Positions 7,533-17,280 of a stretch of 64,000 nt of DNA are shown piece after piece. The notes under the pieces were generated by a model. It saw nothing but the letters and a program-made list of their open reading frames with translations. It was not told the origin of the DNA and ran no database searches. The position numbers were made by a program, and so were the translations under genes. The stretch is from Candidatus Aminicenantes bacterium (lineage in GTDB: Bacteria; Acidobacteriota; Aminicenantia; S016-38), in assembly GCA_026987025.1 (NCBI GenBank), contig JALSNJ010000040.1, positions 16,451 through 80,450 on the forward strand. The letters are read 5' to 3'. Positions within the stretch are counted from its first letter, which is position 1, and the number at the start of each line of letters is the position of its first letter.

Positions 7533-9177
7533 CCAGTTCCTCCAGGCTAATAATGGTATAGCTATATCCCTGTTCGGTCAAGAAAATCTGCCTTTTGGCT
7601 GAGTACTCCTCGTCCAAGGTTTCGGCGCTTACTATGGCGTAAAAATAGGCTTCCTTCCCCTCCTTGGGCCTGAGAATTCTTCCGAGCCTCTGGGCCTCTT
7701 CCTGGCGGGAACCGAAGGTCCCGGAAATTTCTATGGCCACATTGGCAGAGGGAAGGTTTATGGCGAAATTGGCCACCTTGGATACCACCAGAAGGTTCAG
7801 TTTACCCTGGCGGAAGCTTTCATAGAGCCTTTCCCTCTCAGAATTGGGGGTGGTCCCTGTTATAAGCGGAGCCTTTAGCTTTTCAGCGGCTTCCTTCAGC
7901 TGATTTATGAATTGACCTATGATAAGAACCTGATCGTTTCTGTGCATTCTCAGAATTTTTGCCAGAGCCTCCATTTTCATGGGGTTGGTGGAGGCCAGGG
8001 TGAACTTCTTTCTTCTGGAGGCCTTCAGATACTTAATTTTTAGCTCTAAGGGCATGGGGACCCTTACCTCAAAGCACCTGGCCTTGGCTATCCATCCCAT
8101 TTCCTCAAAGCTTTTCCACGGAACATCGTATTTTTTGGGACCCACTAAGGCGAAAATCTCATCCTCCTTTCCGTCTTCCCTCACTAAGGTGGCGCTGAGT
8201 CCTAAGCGGCGTTTGGCCTGAATGTCCGCCGTGATTTTGAAAACAGGGGCCGGAAGCAGGTGGACCTCGTCGTAGATTACCAGCCCCCAATTTCTGCTGG
8301 AGAATAGGTCCAGGTGGGAAAATTCCTCCCCCTTTTTCCTTCTGTGGACCAAAATATTGTAGGTGGCCACCGTTATGGGCCGGATTTCCTTCCTCTCCCC
8401 GCTGTATTCCCCGATGTCTTCCTCCGGTATATTGGTCCAGCGAAGGAGCTCATCCTTCCACTGTCGGGCAGCCACAGTAGAGGTCACCACCACTAAGGTT
8501 TGCGTCTGAAGCCTTTCCATAACCCCAATGCCCACCACGGTTTTTCCAGCTCCACAGGGAAGAACCACTATGCCGCTTCCTCCCTTCTCGCTTCCCCCGG
8601 CGTAGAAGGCCTCCACCGCCTCCAACTGATAGGGACGGAGCTTCAGGGTTTCCTTGAGGGTAAAATGGTAAGGTTCCCCCGGGGAGTAACCCGCCCAGTC
8701 CTCCACGGGATAGCCCATTTTGACCAGGAAGAGTTTGAGATGACCCCGGGCATATTTTTTTATTACGAGTTCCTTTTCGCTTAAGACTTCCTGGATGAAT
8801 CCCCGGGCCCTTCTGTCGGAGAATATCAGGAAGGAAATGGAAGGGTCCTCCAGGATGAGATGGAGCCTGCCTTCCTTCATCATCAGCTTCGCCTTTCCGT
8901 ACCTTTCCATGTAGGTCCGCACCTTTTTTACTATGCTCTGGGGAAGTTCATAGGGGGAGTTCTCCTCCAGGAATTTGAGAACGCTCCGGGAGGAAATTCC
9001 CATGGCCGCTGCGTTCCAGAGGGAGATGGGGGTGATTCTGTAAGTGTGGACATACTCAGGGGACTTAACCAGTTCCGCAAAAAGGGAAAGCTCTGTTCTT
9101 ATTTCCCTGAACTTCGGCGAATCCACGAAAAGGAGAACTGTTCCGTCAGTTTGAACTATAAGAGGTTTTTCCCTCAA
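7501..9177 (-). CDS. XPB/Ssl2 (ERCC3/RAD25)-like SF2 DNA helicase
   Basis: 558 aa. The N-terminus looks like an XPB damage-recognition domain. Helicase motifs are present: motif I (PCGAGKT), motif II (DEVHLL), motif III (SATLVRED) and a helicase C-terminal domain. Confidence 0.7.
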   Translation of the reverse strand: MREKPLIVQTDGTVLLFVDSPKFREIRTELSLFAELVKSPEYVHTYRITPISLWNAAAMGISSRSVLKFLEENSPYELPQSIVKKVRTYMERYGKAKLMMKEGRLHLILEDPSISFLIFSDRRARGFIQEVLSEKELVIKKYARGHLKLFLVKMGYPVEDWAGYSPGEPYHFTLKETLKLRPYQLEAVEAFYAGGSEKGGSGIVVLPCGAGKTVVGIGVMERLQTQTLVVVTSTVAARQWKDELLRWTNIPEEDIGEYSGERKEIRPITVATYNILVHRRKKGEEFSHLDLFSSRNWGLVIYDEVHLLPAPVFKITADIQAKRRLGLSATLVREDGKEDEIFALVGPKKYDVPWKSFEEMGWIAKARCFEVRVPMPLELKIKYLKASRRKKFTLASTNPMKMEALAKILRMHRNDQVLIIGQFINQLKEAAEKLKAPLITGTTPNSERERLYESFRQGKLNLLVVSKVANFAINLPSANVAIEISGTFGSRQEEAQRLGRILRPKEGKEAYFYAIVSAETLDEEYSAKRQIFLTEQGYSYTIISLEELDEKGSLSGVL

Positions 9178-9973
9178 GTTTTCTCCTTAAAAGCAAGGAC
9201 AAATTGGAAAAAAGCATGTACGGGGTAAAGGCTCCCACCCCTCCAGGCACCGGGGTCAAAAGCGCTTTTTTCCCTACCTCAGGGTCCACATCGCCCAGGA
9301 TTTTCCCCTCCACCACATTTATTCCCACATCCACCACCAGGGTCTTCTCCTTTACCATGGAGGGTTTTATAAGGTGAGGCCTACCTGCCGCCACCACCAG
9401 GAGGTCGGCCTGAGAGGTGATGGCCTCCAGAGGTCTGGTCCTGGAATGGGCGGTGGACACCGTGGCGTTTTCAGAAAGGAGGAGAAAAATCAGGGGCTTT
9501 CCCACGATAAGGCTCCTACCCACGATAACCGCCAGCTTTCCCTCCAGGGGAAAATTCAATATCTTTAAAATTTCCATGACAGCTAAGGCCGTGGCAGGTC
9601 TTGGCCCCTCTTCCCCCCTCATCAGCCTGCCGAGGTTGGCGGGGGTTACACCTTCCACATCCTTTTCAGGGCTTATAAAGGATGTATGCTTCAGGAAATT
9701 TTCTCTTCTGCAATGGACAATGATCCCATCCACAGAGGGGTCCTGGTTCAGACTCAGGAGTTGCCCCTCATCTCCTTCCATAAGCTCTACCTCCACTCCC
9801 AAGGATTCCCCCTTCTTCTTTATGCTTTTTCTGTAAACTTCCGAGGAAGGCTCTTCCTCCAGGGAAAAGGAAAGCAAAAAGGGGTCCCTTCCCAATCTTT
9901 CTTTAATATGAGAAAATTCCCTCCTGAGGTTTTCCTTTATTTCCTTCCTTCTTTTTTTTATAAGTTCCTTCAT
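9146..9973 (-). CDS. folD: Bifunctional methylene-THF dehydrogenase / methenyl-THF cyclohydrolase
   Basis: The C-terminus carries VVDVGIN...GDVD...TPVPGGVGAFT and IVGRSLIVGKPL. The ORF runs open up to 10147, but the likely start is the internal MKELIKK at 9973, which gives 276 aa. Confidence 0.8.
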   Translation of the reverse strand: MKELIKKRRKEIKENLRREFSHIKERLGRDPFLLSFSLEEEPSSEVYRKSIKKKGESLGVEVELMEGDEGQLLSLNQDPSVDGIIVHCRRENFLKHTSFISPEKDVEGVTPANLGRLMRGEEGPRPATALAVMEILKILNFPLEGKLAVIVGRSLIVGKPLIFLLLSENATVSTAHSRTRPLEAITSQADLLVVAAGRPHLIKPSMVKEKTLVVDVGINVVEGKILGDVDPEVGKKALLTPVPGGVGAFTPYMLFSNLSLLLRRKLEGKTSYSSN

Positions 9974-10055
9974 CAGGATATTATACCAGCAGAGCTTTAC
10001 CTCCTTAAGGATGACCTTGTGGGGAAGTTTTGTTATTATTGGGTGGGAGGTGAAC

Positions 10056-11123
10056 ATGGGCGGATTAATTCTGGCTGTAAATCCAGGGGCCACATCCACG
10101 AAAATAGCGGTTTTTGACGGTGAAAAAGAGGTCCTCAAGAAAAACATAATCCATTCCTCCGAGGAGCTGGCAGAGTTTGAGAGGGTTTATGACCAGAAGG
10201 ATTTCAGGGCTTCTCTGGTTAAAGGGGCTTTAAAGGAGGCCGGTATATCCCCCTCGGAGCTGGCGGCGGTGGTGGGAAGGGGTGGCCTTCTCAAGCCCCT
10301 TCAGAGCGGGACATACCTGGTAAACCAGGCGATGCTCAGGGACCTGGAAAGGGCAGAAAGGGGAGAACACGCTTCTAATCTTGGAGCCATCATAGCCTAT
10401 GAAATAGCCAGAGAAGCCGGGGTGGACGCCTACATCGTAGACCCTGTAAGTGTGGACGAACTCCCCCCCATAGCCAAGATAACGGGCCTGGCCGAGATAG
10501 AAAAACCTGTCCTCTCCCACGCCCTAAACACCAAGGCTGTGGCCAAGAGATACGCCAAGGAAGTGGGGATTCCCTATGGACAGCTTCGCCTTGTGGTAAT
10601 TCACATGGGCTCAGGCAATTCCGTATCCGCCCACAAAGACGGGAGGATGGTGGATGTTACCAATTCCATGGAAGAGGGTTCCTTCGGGATGGATAGGGCA
10701 GGGGGGGTTCCCTGCGTGCAACTTTTAAAGCTGGCCTTCAGCGGGAAGTACGATTTCAAAACCCTCAGGAAAAAGCTTTTCGGAGAGGGCGGGGTGTATT
10801 CTTATTTAAGGACAAAGGATTTCAGGGAGGTGGAGAGCAGAATTCAGCGTGGGGACGAGGTAGCCCTGCAGATAGCCGAGGCCATGGTTTATCAAGTAGC
10901 CAAGGATGCCGGGGCCATGGCTGCGGTCCTCCACGGCCGGGTGGATGCCGTGCTGGTTACAGGGGGACTGGCCAGGAGCCAGTGGGTTCTCCAGAGGCTC
11001 CTTCCTAAGATAGAGTTTATAGCCCCGGTAAAGGTATATCCCGGAGAAGATGAGCTGAGGGCCTTAGCCGAAGGGGTTCTAAGAGTTCTTGAAGGGGAAG
11101 AGGAAGCCAGGGTCTATGCTTAA
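10056..11123 (+). CDS. buk: Butyrate kinase (acetate/butyrate kinase family)
   Basis: MGGLILAVNPGATSTKIAVFDG is a canonical Buk N-terminus. GGGAGG sits 5 nt upstream of the ATG at 10056. The ORF start at 10011 lacks an RBS. Confidence 0.8.
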   Translation: MGGLILAVNPGATSTKIAVFDGEKEVLKKNIIHSSEELAEFERVYDQKDFRASLVKGALKEAGISPSELAAVVGRGGLLKPLQSGTYLVNQAMLRDLERAERGEHASNLGAIIAYEIAREAGVDAYIVDPVSVDELPPIAKITGLAEIEKPVLSHALNTKAVAKRYAKEVGIPYGQLRLVVIHMGSGNSVSAHKDGRMVDVTNSMEEGSFGMDRAGGVPCVQLLKLAFSGKYDFKTLRKKLFGEGGVYSYLRTKDFREVESRIQRGDEVALQIAEAMVYQVAKDAGAMAAVLHGRVDAVLVTGGLARSQWVLQRLLPKIEFIAPVKVYPGEDELRALAEGVLRVLEGEEEARVYA

Positions 11124-12352
11124 TCTAAGGCAGGCCTGAGGAAGAGAAGAAAGGTCCTGTAAAGTATGTGCAGGTCCATGTAGAAGTTTCGGTGTTTTAT
11201 GTAATAGAGGTCGTATTCCAGTTTTCTCAAATGTTGCTGGAAATCATCCCCGGCGTACCCAAAGTGAATTTGAGCCCATCCCGTAACCCCTGGCCTTACC
11301 CTTGTCCTTAAGGGGTAAAGAGGTAGCTTCCTTTCCAGGACCCGGCTAATTTCCGGCCTTTCCGGCCTTGGACCCACTAAGGACATATCTCCCTTTATTA
11401 CATTTAATAATTGCGGAACTTCATCCAGGTGAAGCTTCCTTATGATCTTTCCTATTCGGGTTATCCTGGGGTCGTCCTTCTTGGCGAAAACGGGCTTTCC
11501 TTCCGGCTCTGCGTTGGGAACCATGGTCCTGAACTTTATAAGTCTAAAGGGGCGGCCGTCCTTTCCGAGCCTCTCTTGCAAATAGAAGATGGGTCCCGGG
11601 CTTTCAATCTGGTGGATTAAGGCCAAAAGAAGGGCGGGGGGGAATAGAAGGAGAAGAGCTATAAGGGCTGCGGGGACTTCCAGGAGCCTTTTTATCCCCT
11701 CGTAGGAGTTTTTCTCAACAGCCAGCACCTCTTCAGCTACCCTTTTTTCCGGTTTGAGTTCTAAGGGAACGAGTTTCCCCAGATTTTCCACAAACTCTTC
11801 CAGAGAAAGGACGAGGACTCCCTCCCTGGCCAGAAGCTTGCTGAGGGTTTCCTTGTCCAAACTTCCATTTACCACCACCAGGTCGGAATGGGGAATTTCC
11901 CGGGCAGGTTTCAGTAGAAGGGGGTACTTCTTCTTTATTTCCTCCAGGGGCGTCTCAGCCTTCCAGAGTACCCTGGGAATTTTTGGAGTTTTCCTGGTAA
12001 GGGAATAGAGAAGAGAAAGGAGGAAAAAACTGGCATAGGTGAGCCTTCCCAGATTATGGGAGAAAAAAAGGAAGGACTCTGCAAGGTAAGCCCCGATGAG
12101 GGAAAGGGAAAGTTTTCCCATCCTGGACAGAGCAGAAAATTCCCTTTCCAGAAGGAAGGAGGGAGAATTGGAGGTGAAACCTTCCTGGGCTTCGCAAAGG
12201 ATCAGAAAGACCGCCGAGAGCACCAGAAGGTTGGGATAATATTCCAGAAGAAGGGCCCTCCACCTGCTGAGGGAACCGGCATAGGGAAAAAGGGAAAACG
12301 ATGCCAGCGAAAGGACCACGAGGGAATCCTTGAACCAGCGTTTAAACTTCAT
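11120..12352 (-). CDS. Polyprenyl-phosphate hexose-1-phosphate transferase (WbaP/EPS-initiating 'bacterial sugar transferase')
   Basis: The C-terminus reads RPFRLIKFRTM...DDPRITRIGKIIRKLHLDEVPQLLNVIKGDMSLVGPRPERPE. The N-terminus has multiple TM helices. Confidence 0.85.
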   Translation of the reverse strand: MKFKRWFKDSLVVLSLASFSLFPYAGSLSRWRALLLEYYPNLLVLSAVFLILCEAQEGFTSNSPSFLLEREFSALSRMGKLSLSLIGAYLAESFLFFSHNLGRLTYASFFLLSLLYSLTRKTPKIPRVLWKAETPLEEIKKKYPLLLKPAREIPHSDLVVVNGSLDKETLSKLLAREGVLVLSLEEFVENLGKLVPLELKPEKRVAEEVLAVEKNSYEGIKRLLEVPAALIALLLLFPPALLLALIHQIESPGPIFYLQERLGKDGRPFRLIKFRTMVPNAEPEGKPVFAKKDDPRITRIGKIIRKLHLDEVPQLLNVIKGDMSLVGPRPERPEISRVLERKLPLYPLRTRVRPGVTGWAQIHFGYAGDDFQQHLRKLEYDLYYIKHRNFYMDLHILYRTFLLFLRPALD

Positions 12353-13352
12353 CTTTCAGGGCATTCCAGGCGAGGGTTAAGGCCAAGAAGAAAATGAAGG
12401 ATATGAAGAAGGAATAAAGGATAATCCTTAAACTTGCCCTATTGTAGGCCAGGGGAAGGTTTATTGAGAATATTCTTAACAAAAGACAGTCCCTTTCCAG
12501 TTCCCCCATGACCCTTGAGAGGGCATGGGAAGGAAAGAGGGCTTTAGACTTTTCCTCTGCTTCTTCACAGGAGGACATATTTTGAATTTCGCCGTAAAAT
12601 TCAGAATACCTGGAGAAGTAATCCACCTCCTTATTAAGAACGGCAAGGTCGGTTTCCAGCTCGTGGATGATGATGGAGGATGCCCGGGCCTGAAGGCTGG
12701 GGGAAAGATAGGCGAGAAAGTACGGCTCTACTGAGGTTGCCAGGTTGGGTCCCTCTTTGTTTCCGTATTTTCTTCCAACCCCTTCCAGGAAGATTATTTT
12801 CCCCTTTAGCTCCTGAATTTTCCTTTCTATCCTCGTTCTAAGATAGAGTAGATTCTGGATGTGCACCCTGGAATAATAGGATTTTATTTTAAGCAGGGAA
12901 AACAATTGATTCGTCAACCTTGAAGTCAGGGAATCGATAAAGACCCTTGACTCCTTCTCCGGACCATAAATCCTGAGAGTTTTTAAGTAAAGGGTAGGAG
13001 ATACAACCCTGGTGGGGAGAAACTTGTAATTGGCGGGAAGGGCATATTCTGCGGACACCCGCAGCCCGTGCTCAAAGCGGGAGAGAAGGCCCGATATATT
13101 TTCCTTCCTCAGGAGGGAGTTTTCCTCCAGAGTGTAGGAAACCGAATCCTTCTTCATGGGGTAGTACCGGGTGAAATAAAGGAAGGGGATGTTGTAGGAA
13201 ATTTCCCTTCCCTCCCTCAGCTCCGGGGGAATTTCAATGTAAATCCCGGGGGAGGCCTGGCTGTTGTGATAAAAAACCCAGAGGGCAGATGCAAGGCTGA
13301 CCAAGAAAGCCCCTATCAGGGGATAAACCAATATCAATATTCTCTTTTTCAC
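12342..13352 (-). CDS. Membrane protein with N- and C-terminal TM helices, possibly a Wzz-like polysaccharide co-polymerase
   Basis: 336 aa with TM helices at both ends and a long, coiled-coil-like central region. It sits between two EPS-initiating transferases. I see no diagnostic motif. Confidence 0.35.
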   Translation of the reverse strand: MKKRILILVYPLIGAFLVSLASALWVFYHNSQASPGIYIEIPPELREGREISYNIPFLYFTRYYPMKKDSVSYTLEENSLLRKENISGLLSRFEHGLRVSAEYALPANYKFLPTRVVSPTLYLKTLRIYGPEKESRVFIDSLTSRLTNQLFSLLKIKSYYSRVHIQNLLYLRTRIERKIQELKGKIIFLEGVGRKYGNKEGPNLATSVEPYFLAYLSPSLQARASSIIIHELETDLAVLNKEVDYFSRYSEFYGEIQNMSSCEEAEEKSKALFPSHALSRVMGELERDCLLLRIFSINLPLAYNRASLRIILYSFFISFIFFLALTLAWNALKDEV

Positions 13353-13389
13353 GGAACTATTTTAACTCTTTTGCCGGATTCGTTCCAGC

Positions 13390-14751
13390 TCAATAGGCAC
13401 CCTCCCTTTCCAGAACTGCCTTTGCGGTTTTTACAAGGATTACAAAATCCAGCCAGAGGGACCAATTTCTTACATAAAATTCGTCCAGGGCCAGCCTCAC
13501 TTCAAAGGGAAGGGTGTTTCTTCCCCTTATTTGCCATAGCCCTGTGATTCCGGGTTTTACCCTGAAGATGATTTTCCTGTAACCTCCCATATCTCCCCTC
13601 TCCTTGGGCAGATAGGGTCTTGGTCCCACCAAAGACATCTCCCCCTTTAAAACATTGAAAAGCTGGGGAAGTTCATCAAGGCTCCATTTCCTCAAGAAGC
13701 GTCCCACCCTGGTAACCCTGGGGTCGTTCTTGAGTTTTTTGTACTTTTCCCACTCCTCCCTTAGCTCAGGATTTTTTCTCAAAAGCCTCTGAAGCACCCT
13801 GTCTGCATCGGCCCTCATGCTGCGGAATTTGAAAATATAGAAGGGCCTTTCCCCCATTCCCAGCCTTCTTTGCCTGTAAATAATGGGACCCTTTGAGTCC
13901 AGCTTAATGGCTATGGCAATGGCAAGAAGCAGCGGGGAGAGGAAAAGCAAAAGCAGGGAGGAAAGAAGAAGGTCCATGGCCCTTTTTATAAGGAGGTTTT
14001 CCTTTTTGTAAAGCTTGTGGTAGGGGGAAAGGGTCATATATATCCCTATATTTTTCAACTTACCGTAGGCCAGGGAGATTTTATGCACTTCCGGTATTAT
14101 GTTTATGCTGGCCATTCCCTCCAGCCTCAGCACTAAGGACCGGAGGGTTGAGGGAGCAAAGCAGGAGGAAAGGATGAAAACTTCCCTTATACCGTCTTCC
14201 CGGATCTTTCTCTCTATCCTGTCAGTATCCTCATAGACCTTCTTAACCCTGTAGCCGGCGTACCATTCCCTTTGAAGCTCCATGGCCAGGTCCCGGGCTT
14301 CCTTTTCCCTGCCCACGATGGCCACAGGCCGGAGACCGATGCCCAGGGAAAATAAAATTTTCTTCAGAATAAACCTCAGGGCTGGAACGGCCACCGCAGT
14401 TAGAAACACGGTGGTGAGGAGCATAACCCGTGAAAGCATGAACTCCTTTTTTCCTATGTATGCAATGGAGAGGGTTAAAAATCCGGAGACTATGTCCGTG
14501 GTCCATATTCCCTTGAGTTCCTCCCAGAATCCCCTGTGCTCGTAAAGCTCCTCCTCCCATCCTACAGCTATCCACAAAAGGATAAAAATAAGCAACAGGG
14601 GTATGTATGTGGAGAGGGGTTCCAGATGAGCTATCCGGAGAGAATTGAAGAACTCCGGAATTATCCTCTCCCTTAAAAAGTAAGAGAAGAAAAACGAAAA
14701 GGAAATGGCCAGGGCATCCCCGGCTAAAAGTAACGCCCAGAAAAATCTCAT
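13390..14751 (-). CDS. Second polyprenyl glycosylphosphotransferase (exopolysaccharide biosynthesis type)
   Basis: RPFYIFKFRSMRADAD...DPRVTRVGRFLRKWSLDELPQLFNVLKGEMSLVGPRP, preceded by a multi-TM N-terminal domain. Confidence 0.85.
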   Translation of the reverse strand: MRFFWALLLAGDALAISFSFFFSYFLRERIIPEFFNSLRIAHLEPLSTYIPLLLIFILLWIAVGWEEELYEHRGFWEELKGIWTTDIVSGFLTLSIAYIGKKEFMLSRVMLLTTVFLTAVAVPALRFILKKILFSLGIGLRPVAIVGREKEARDLAMELQREWYAGYRVKKVYEDTDRIERKIREDGIREVFILSSCFAPSTLRSLVLRLEGMASINIIPEVHKISLAYGKLKNIGIYMTLSPYHKLYKKENLLIKRAMDLLLSSLLLLFLSPLLLAIAIAIKLDSKGPIIYRQRRLGMGERPFYIFKFRSMRADADRVLQRLLRKNPELREEWEKYKKLKNDPRVTRVGRFLRKWSLDELPQLFNVLKGEMSLVGPRPYLPKERGDMGGYRKIIFRVKPGITGLWQIRGRNTLPFEVRLALDEFYVRNWSLWLDFVILVKTAKAVLEREGAY

Positions 14752-14812
14752 CAGAGTATATTATAAGCGATTGTGGGAATATGTGTTAGAATTACCCCTT
14801 GAGGCTGCAAAA

Positions 14813-15481
14813 ATGGATGTAATAACGCTGAGGCTTTACGATACAGGGATTATAAAAAGGGTTGACGCCGCGGGGATTCCCTGCGAAGTGGGGGATTTTT
14901 GTGTTATAGAATCCCCCTACGGGGAGGAACTGGGGGAGGTCCTAAGGGAAAATTCCTCGGTGAAGAGGGCCTGGGAAAAGGTTAAGCTGGAAAGGGTTTT
15001 GAGAAAAGCCTCTGAGAAGGACATAAAGTTCTTTCATGAGAAACTGGAGAGGGAAAGGGAAGCATTCCAGTTTTGCCGAAGGAGGATAGAGGAGCGGGGA
15101 ATGCCCATGAAATTGTTGAGGGTAAAGTTCTTTACCAATGAAAGGAAAGTTATGTTCTTCTTTTCTGCCGAGGGAAGGATAGACTTCCGGGATTTGGTGA
15201 AGGACCTGGCCAAGAAATACCGCATGAGAATTGAGATGAGGCAGGTGGGAATAAGGGACGAGGCCAGGATGTTGGGCGGTGTTGGGGTCTGCGGCAGGTT
15301 TCTCTGCTGTATGTATGTGCTTAAGGAGTTCAAGCCCATTGGCTCAGGGCTCCTGAAGGAAATGGAGGTCAAGGTAAACCCCAATAAAATTTCCGGCCTT
15401 TGCGGCAGGCTCATGTGCTGTCTTTCATATGAGGTTGGGGTTCCCCTTAACCTTTCCGACATGGGGGAAGAGGAGGATTGA
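14813..15481 (+). CDS. PSP1 C-terminal domain protein (RicT/YaaT-like)
   Basis: VITLRLYDTGIIKRVDAAGIPCEVGDFCVIESPYGEELGEVL plus the C-terminal CGRFLCCM / CGRLMCCLSYE cysteine motif. The start is taken at the MDVITL ATG (14813) rather than the upstream ORF start at 14705. Confidence 0.7.
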   Translation: MDVITLRLYDTGIIKRVDAAGIPCEVGDFCVIESPYGEELGEVLRENSSVKRAWEKVKLERVLRKASEKDIKFFHEKLEREREAFQFCRRRIEERGMPMKLLRVKFFTNERKVMFFFSAEGRIDFRDLVKDLAKKYRMRIEMRQVGIRDEARMLGGVGVCGRFLCCMYVLKEFKPIGSGLLKEMEVKVNPNKISGLCGRLMCCLSYEVGVPLNLSDMGEEED

Positions 15482-16473
15482 AAAGCATGAAGGGCTGGTT
15501 CAAATCCCTTCTATCCCTTTCGGTAGCCCTTTTGCTTCTATACATTTTCTTCCGGGGTACTGACCTTAAAGCTTTCTGGGGTTACCTCAAGAAGGCAAGG
15601 TTGGTTTATCTGCTCGGATTCGCCTTAGGGCTCGTGTTTTTTTACTGGCTCAGAGGTTTGAGGTGGAGGCTCCTTTACGATGGAGAAGGTGTACCCGGGA
15701 TAAGGGAATTTTTCATGGCCAATGTGGTGGGTTTTTCGGTGAACTACCTTCTCCCCGGGAGGCTGGGTGAAGTGGCCAGGGCAATTTACATTTCCAGAAA
15801 GAGCGAATTTCCATCCAGTTATTCGGTGGCCACGGTGGTGGTGGAGAGGTTTTTTGATTTCTTCTCCATCGGAGTTCTTCTGGTGTTTTACCTTATGAGC
15901 TTCCCGGTCAGGGCAGCCCGCTTGAAGGGGAATCTATCTGCCATAGTCTGGGTGAGTTTTCTGGCCACCCTTTTATTGGTTCTGGGGATTCTTTTCTTAA
16001 CCTTCCTGTGGAGAAGGGGAAAGCTCCATCGCCTTGAGGTTTTGCTGAGGGTCTTTCCCGCCCATCTCAGGGAAAAGCTTAAAAACAGCGGCCGCTCTTT
16101 CGTGCAGGGCCTCCACTTTTTTTCTTCTCCCCGCAGGGCCTTATATTTCACTTTGCTGGGGTTTTTAGTGTGGCTGGCGGTGGCCCTTCAGTACTGGCTG
16201 GGCCTTAAGGCCTTCGGTATTCACAGGCCCTTTTTTCAGATTATTCCCTTCATCGGAGTGCTTTTGGTGGGGGTTTCCATCCCTACCCCTGGTATGGCGG
16301 GAGGATTTGAGGTTGCTTCCAAGTTTTTTATCGTTGAGATATGGAGGTATTCCCCCAACAAGGCGGTGGCAGCCACCATTACCCTTCATGTTATACTTCT
16401 TTTGGTAACCCTTTCCTTAGGAGCTTTGGTGGGGTTGAAGGAGGGCCTTAAACTGAGAAGGCAGAGCCAATGA
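15478..16473 (+). CDS. UPF0104 / lysylphosphatidylglycerol-synthase-TM-like (flippase-like) membrane protein
   Basis: 331 aa, polytopic, with characteristic N-terminal basic residues and a Trp-rich TM1 ([30 protein letters not shown]). Confidence 0.6.
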   Translation: MKSMKGWFKSLLSLSVALLLLYIFFRGTDLKAFWGYLKKARLVYLLGFALGLVFFYWLRGLRWRLLYDGEGVPGIREFFMANVVGFSVNYLLPGRLGEVARAIYISRKSEFPSSYSVATVVVERFFDFFSIGVLLVFYLMSFPVRAARLKGNLSAIVWVSFLATLLLVLGILFLTFLWRRGKLHRLEVLLRVFPAHLREKLKNSGRSFVQGLHFFSSPRRALYFTLLGFLVWLAVALQYWLGLKAFGIHRPFFQIIPFIGVLLVGVSIPTPGMAGGFEVASKFFIVEIWRYSPNKAVAATITLHVILLLVTLSLGALVGLKEGLKLRRQSQ

Positions 16474-16937
16474 GGTGTCCTTATTGCGGAGCCAATAAAG
16501 ACCGGGTGGTGGATAGCCGGGAGATAAAGAACGGAACCGAGGTGAGGAGAAGAAGGCAGTGCCTGGTTTGTGGAAGGAGATTCACCACCTATGAAAGAAT
16601 AGAGCTCATTCCGGTGATGGTTATCAAAAAGGACGGCAGCCGGCAGCCCTTTTCCAGGGATAAGATAATAAACGGACTTTTAAAGGCCTGTGAAAAAAGG
16701 CCTGTATCCGCCGAGGAGCTGGAGGCCATAGCCGATGAGCTGGAGACCCTGGCCCAGTCTAAGGGGGAGATTTCCTCCAAGGAGATAGGCGAGGTCATTA
16801 TGGAAAGGCTTAAGTCCCTGGACCAGGTGGCCTATGTGAGATTTGCTTCCGTTTACAAGGAGTTCAGGGACCTGGAAGAATTTTACAGGGAGCTGGAAGT
16901 TCTCAAGGGAGGGAGTTCAAATGAAGGAGAGGATTAA
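16470..16937 (+). CDS. nrdR: Transcriptional repressor NrdR (zinc ribbon + ATP-cone)
   Basis: [42 protein letters not shown]. Confidence 0.9.
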   Translation: MRCPYCGANKDRVVDSREIKNGTEVRRRRQCLVCGRRFTTYERIELIPVMVIKKDGSRQPFSRDKIINGLLKACEKRPVSAEELEAIADELETLAQSKGEISSKEIGEVIMERLKSLDQVAYVRFASVYKEFRDLEEFYRELEVLKGGSSNEGED

Positions 16938-17280
16938 GGACCATGTTCAGGCATGGGGCAGCTGGACCCCCCCGGTGGATATCAGGGTGGGGCCGGAAAG
17001 GATCAGAATTTTCGTGGAAGTCCCCGGAGTGGATGCCTCTTCCCTGGAGGTCAGGGTTGAGGGGGATAACCTCATAGTGGAAGGAAGGAAGATGCCCCCG
17101 GCGGTGAAGCGAGTTCTTCACACCGAGAGGGAATATGGGGATTTCTTCTTGGTGATAAAATTAAGCGAGGATGTCATTCCATCCTCGGCCAGGGCCAGTT
17201 TGAAAGCCGGGGTTTTGGAGGTGGAGATTTCCAGAATCAACCGAAGAATAAAAATCCAGGTGGAGGAAGAAAATGAGTGA
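16921..17280 (+). CDS. Hsp20/alpha-crystallin small heat-shock protein
   Basis: [28 protein letters not shown]...[12 protein letters not shown]...AGVLEVEI. The start is taken at MKERIKDH (16921), which follows a GGGAGGG motif. It overlaps the nrdR 3' end. Confidence 0.75.
   Translation: MKERIKDHVQAWGSWTPPVDIRVGPERIRIFVEVPGVDASSLEVRVEGDNLIVEGRKMPPAVKRVLHTEREYGDFFLVIKLSEDVIPSSARASLKAGVLEVEISRINRRIKIQVEEENE

Noticed and set aside
9974-10147. 58-codon N-terminal extension of FolD (MFFLRTSFSPSKTAIFVDV...)
   Set aside because: It has no similarity to FolD, it overlaps the divergent buk promoter and start, and FolD homology begins at the internal MKELIKK.
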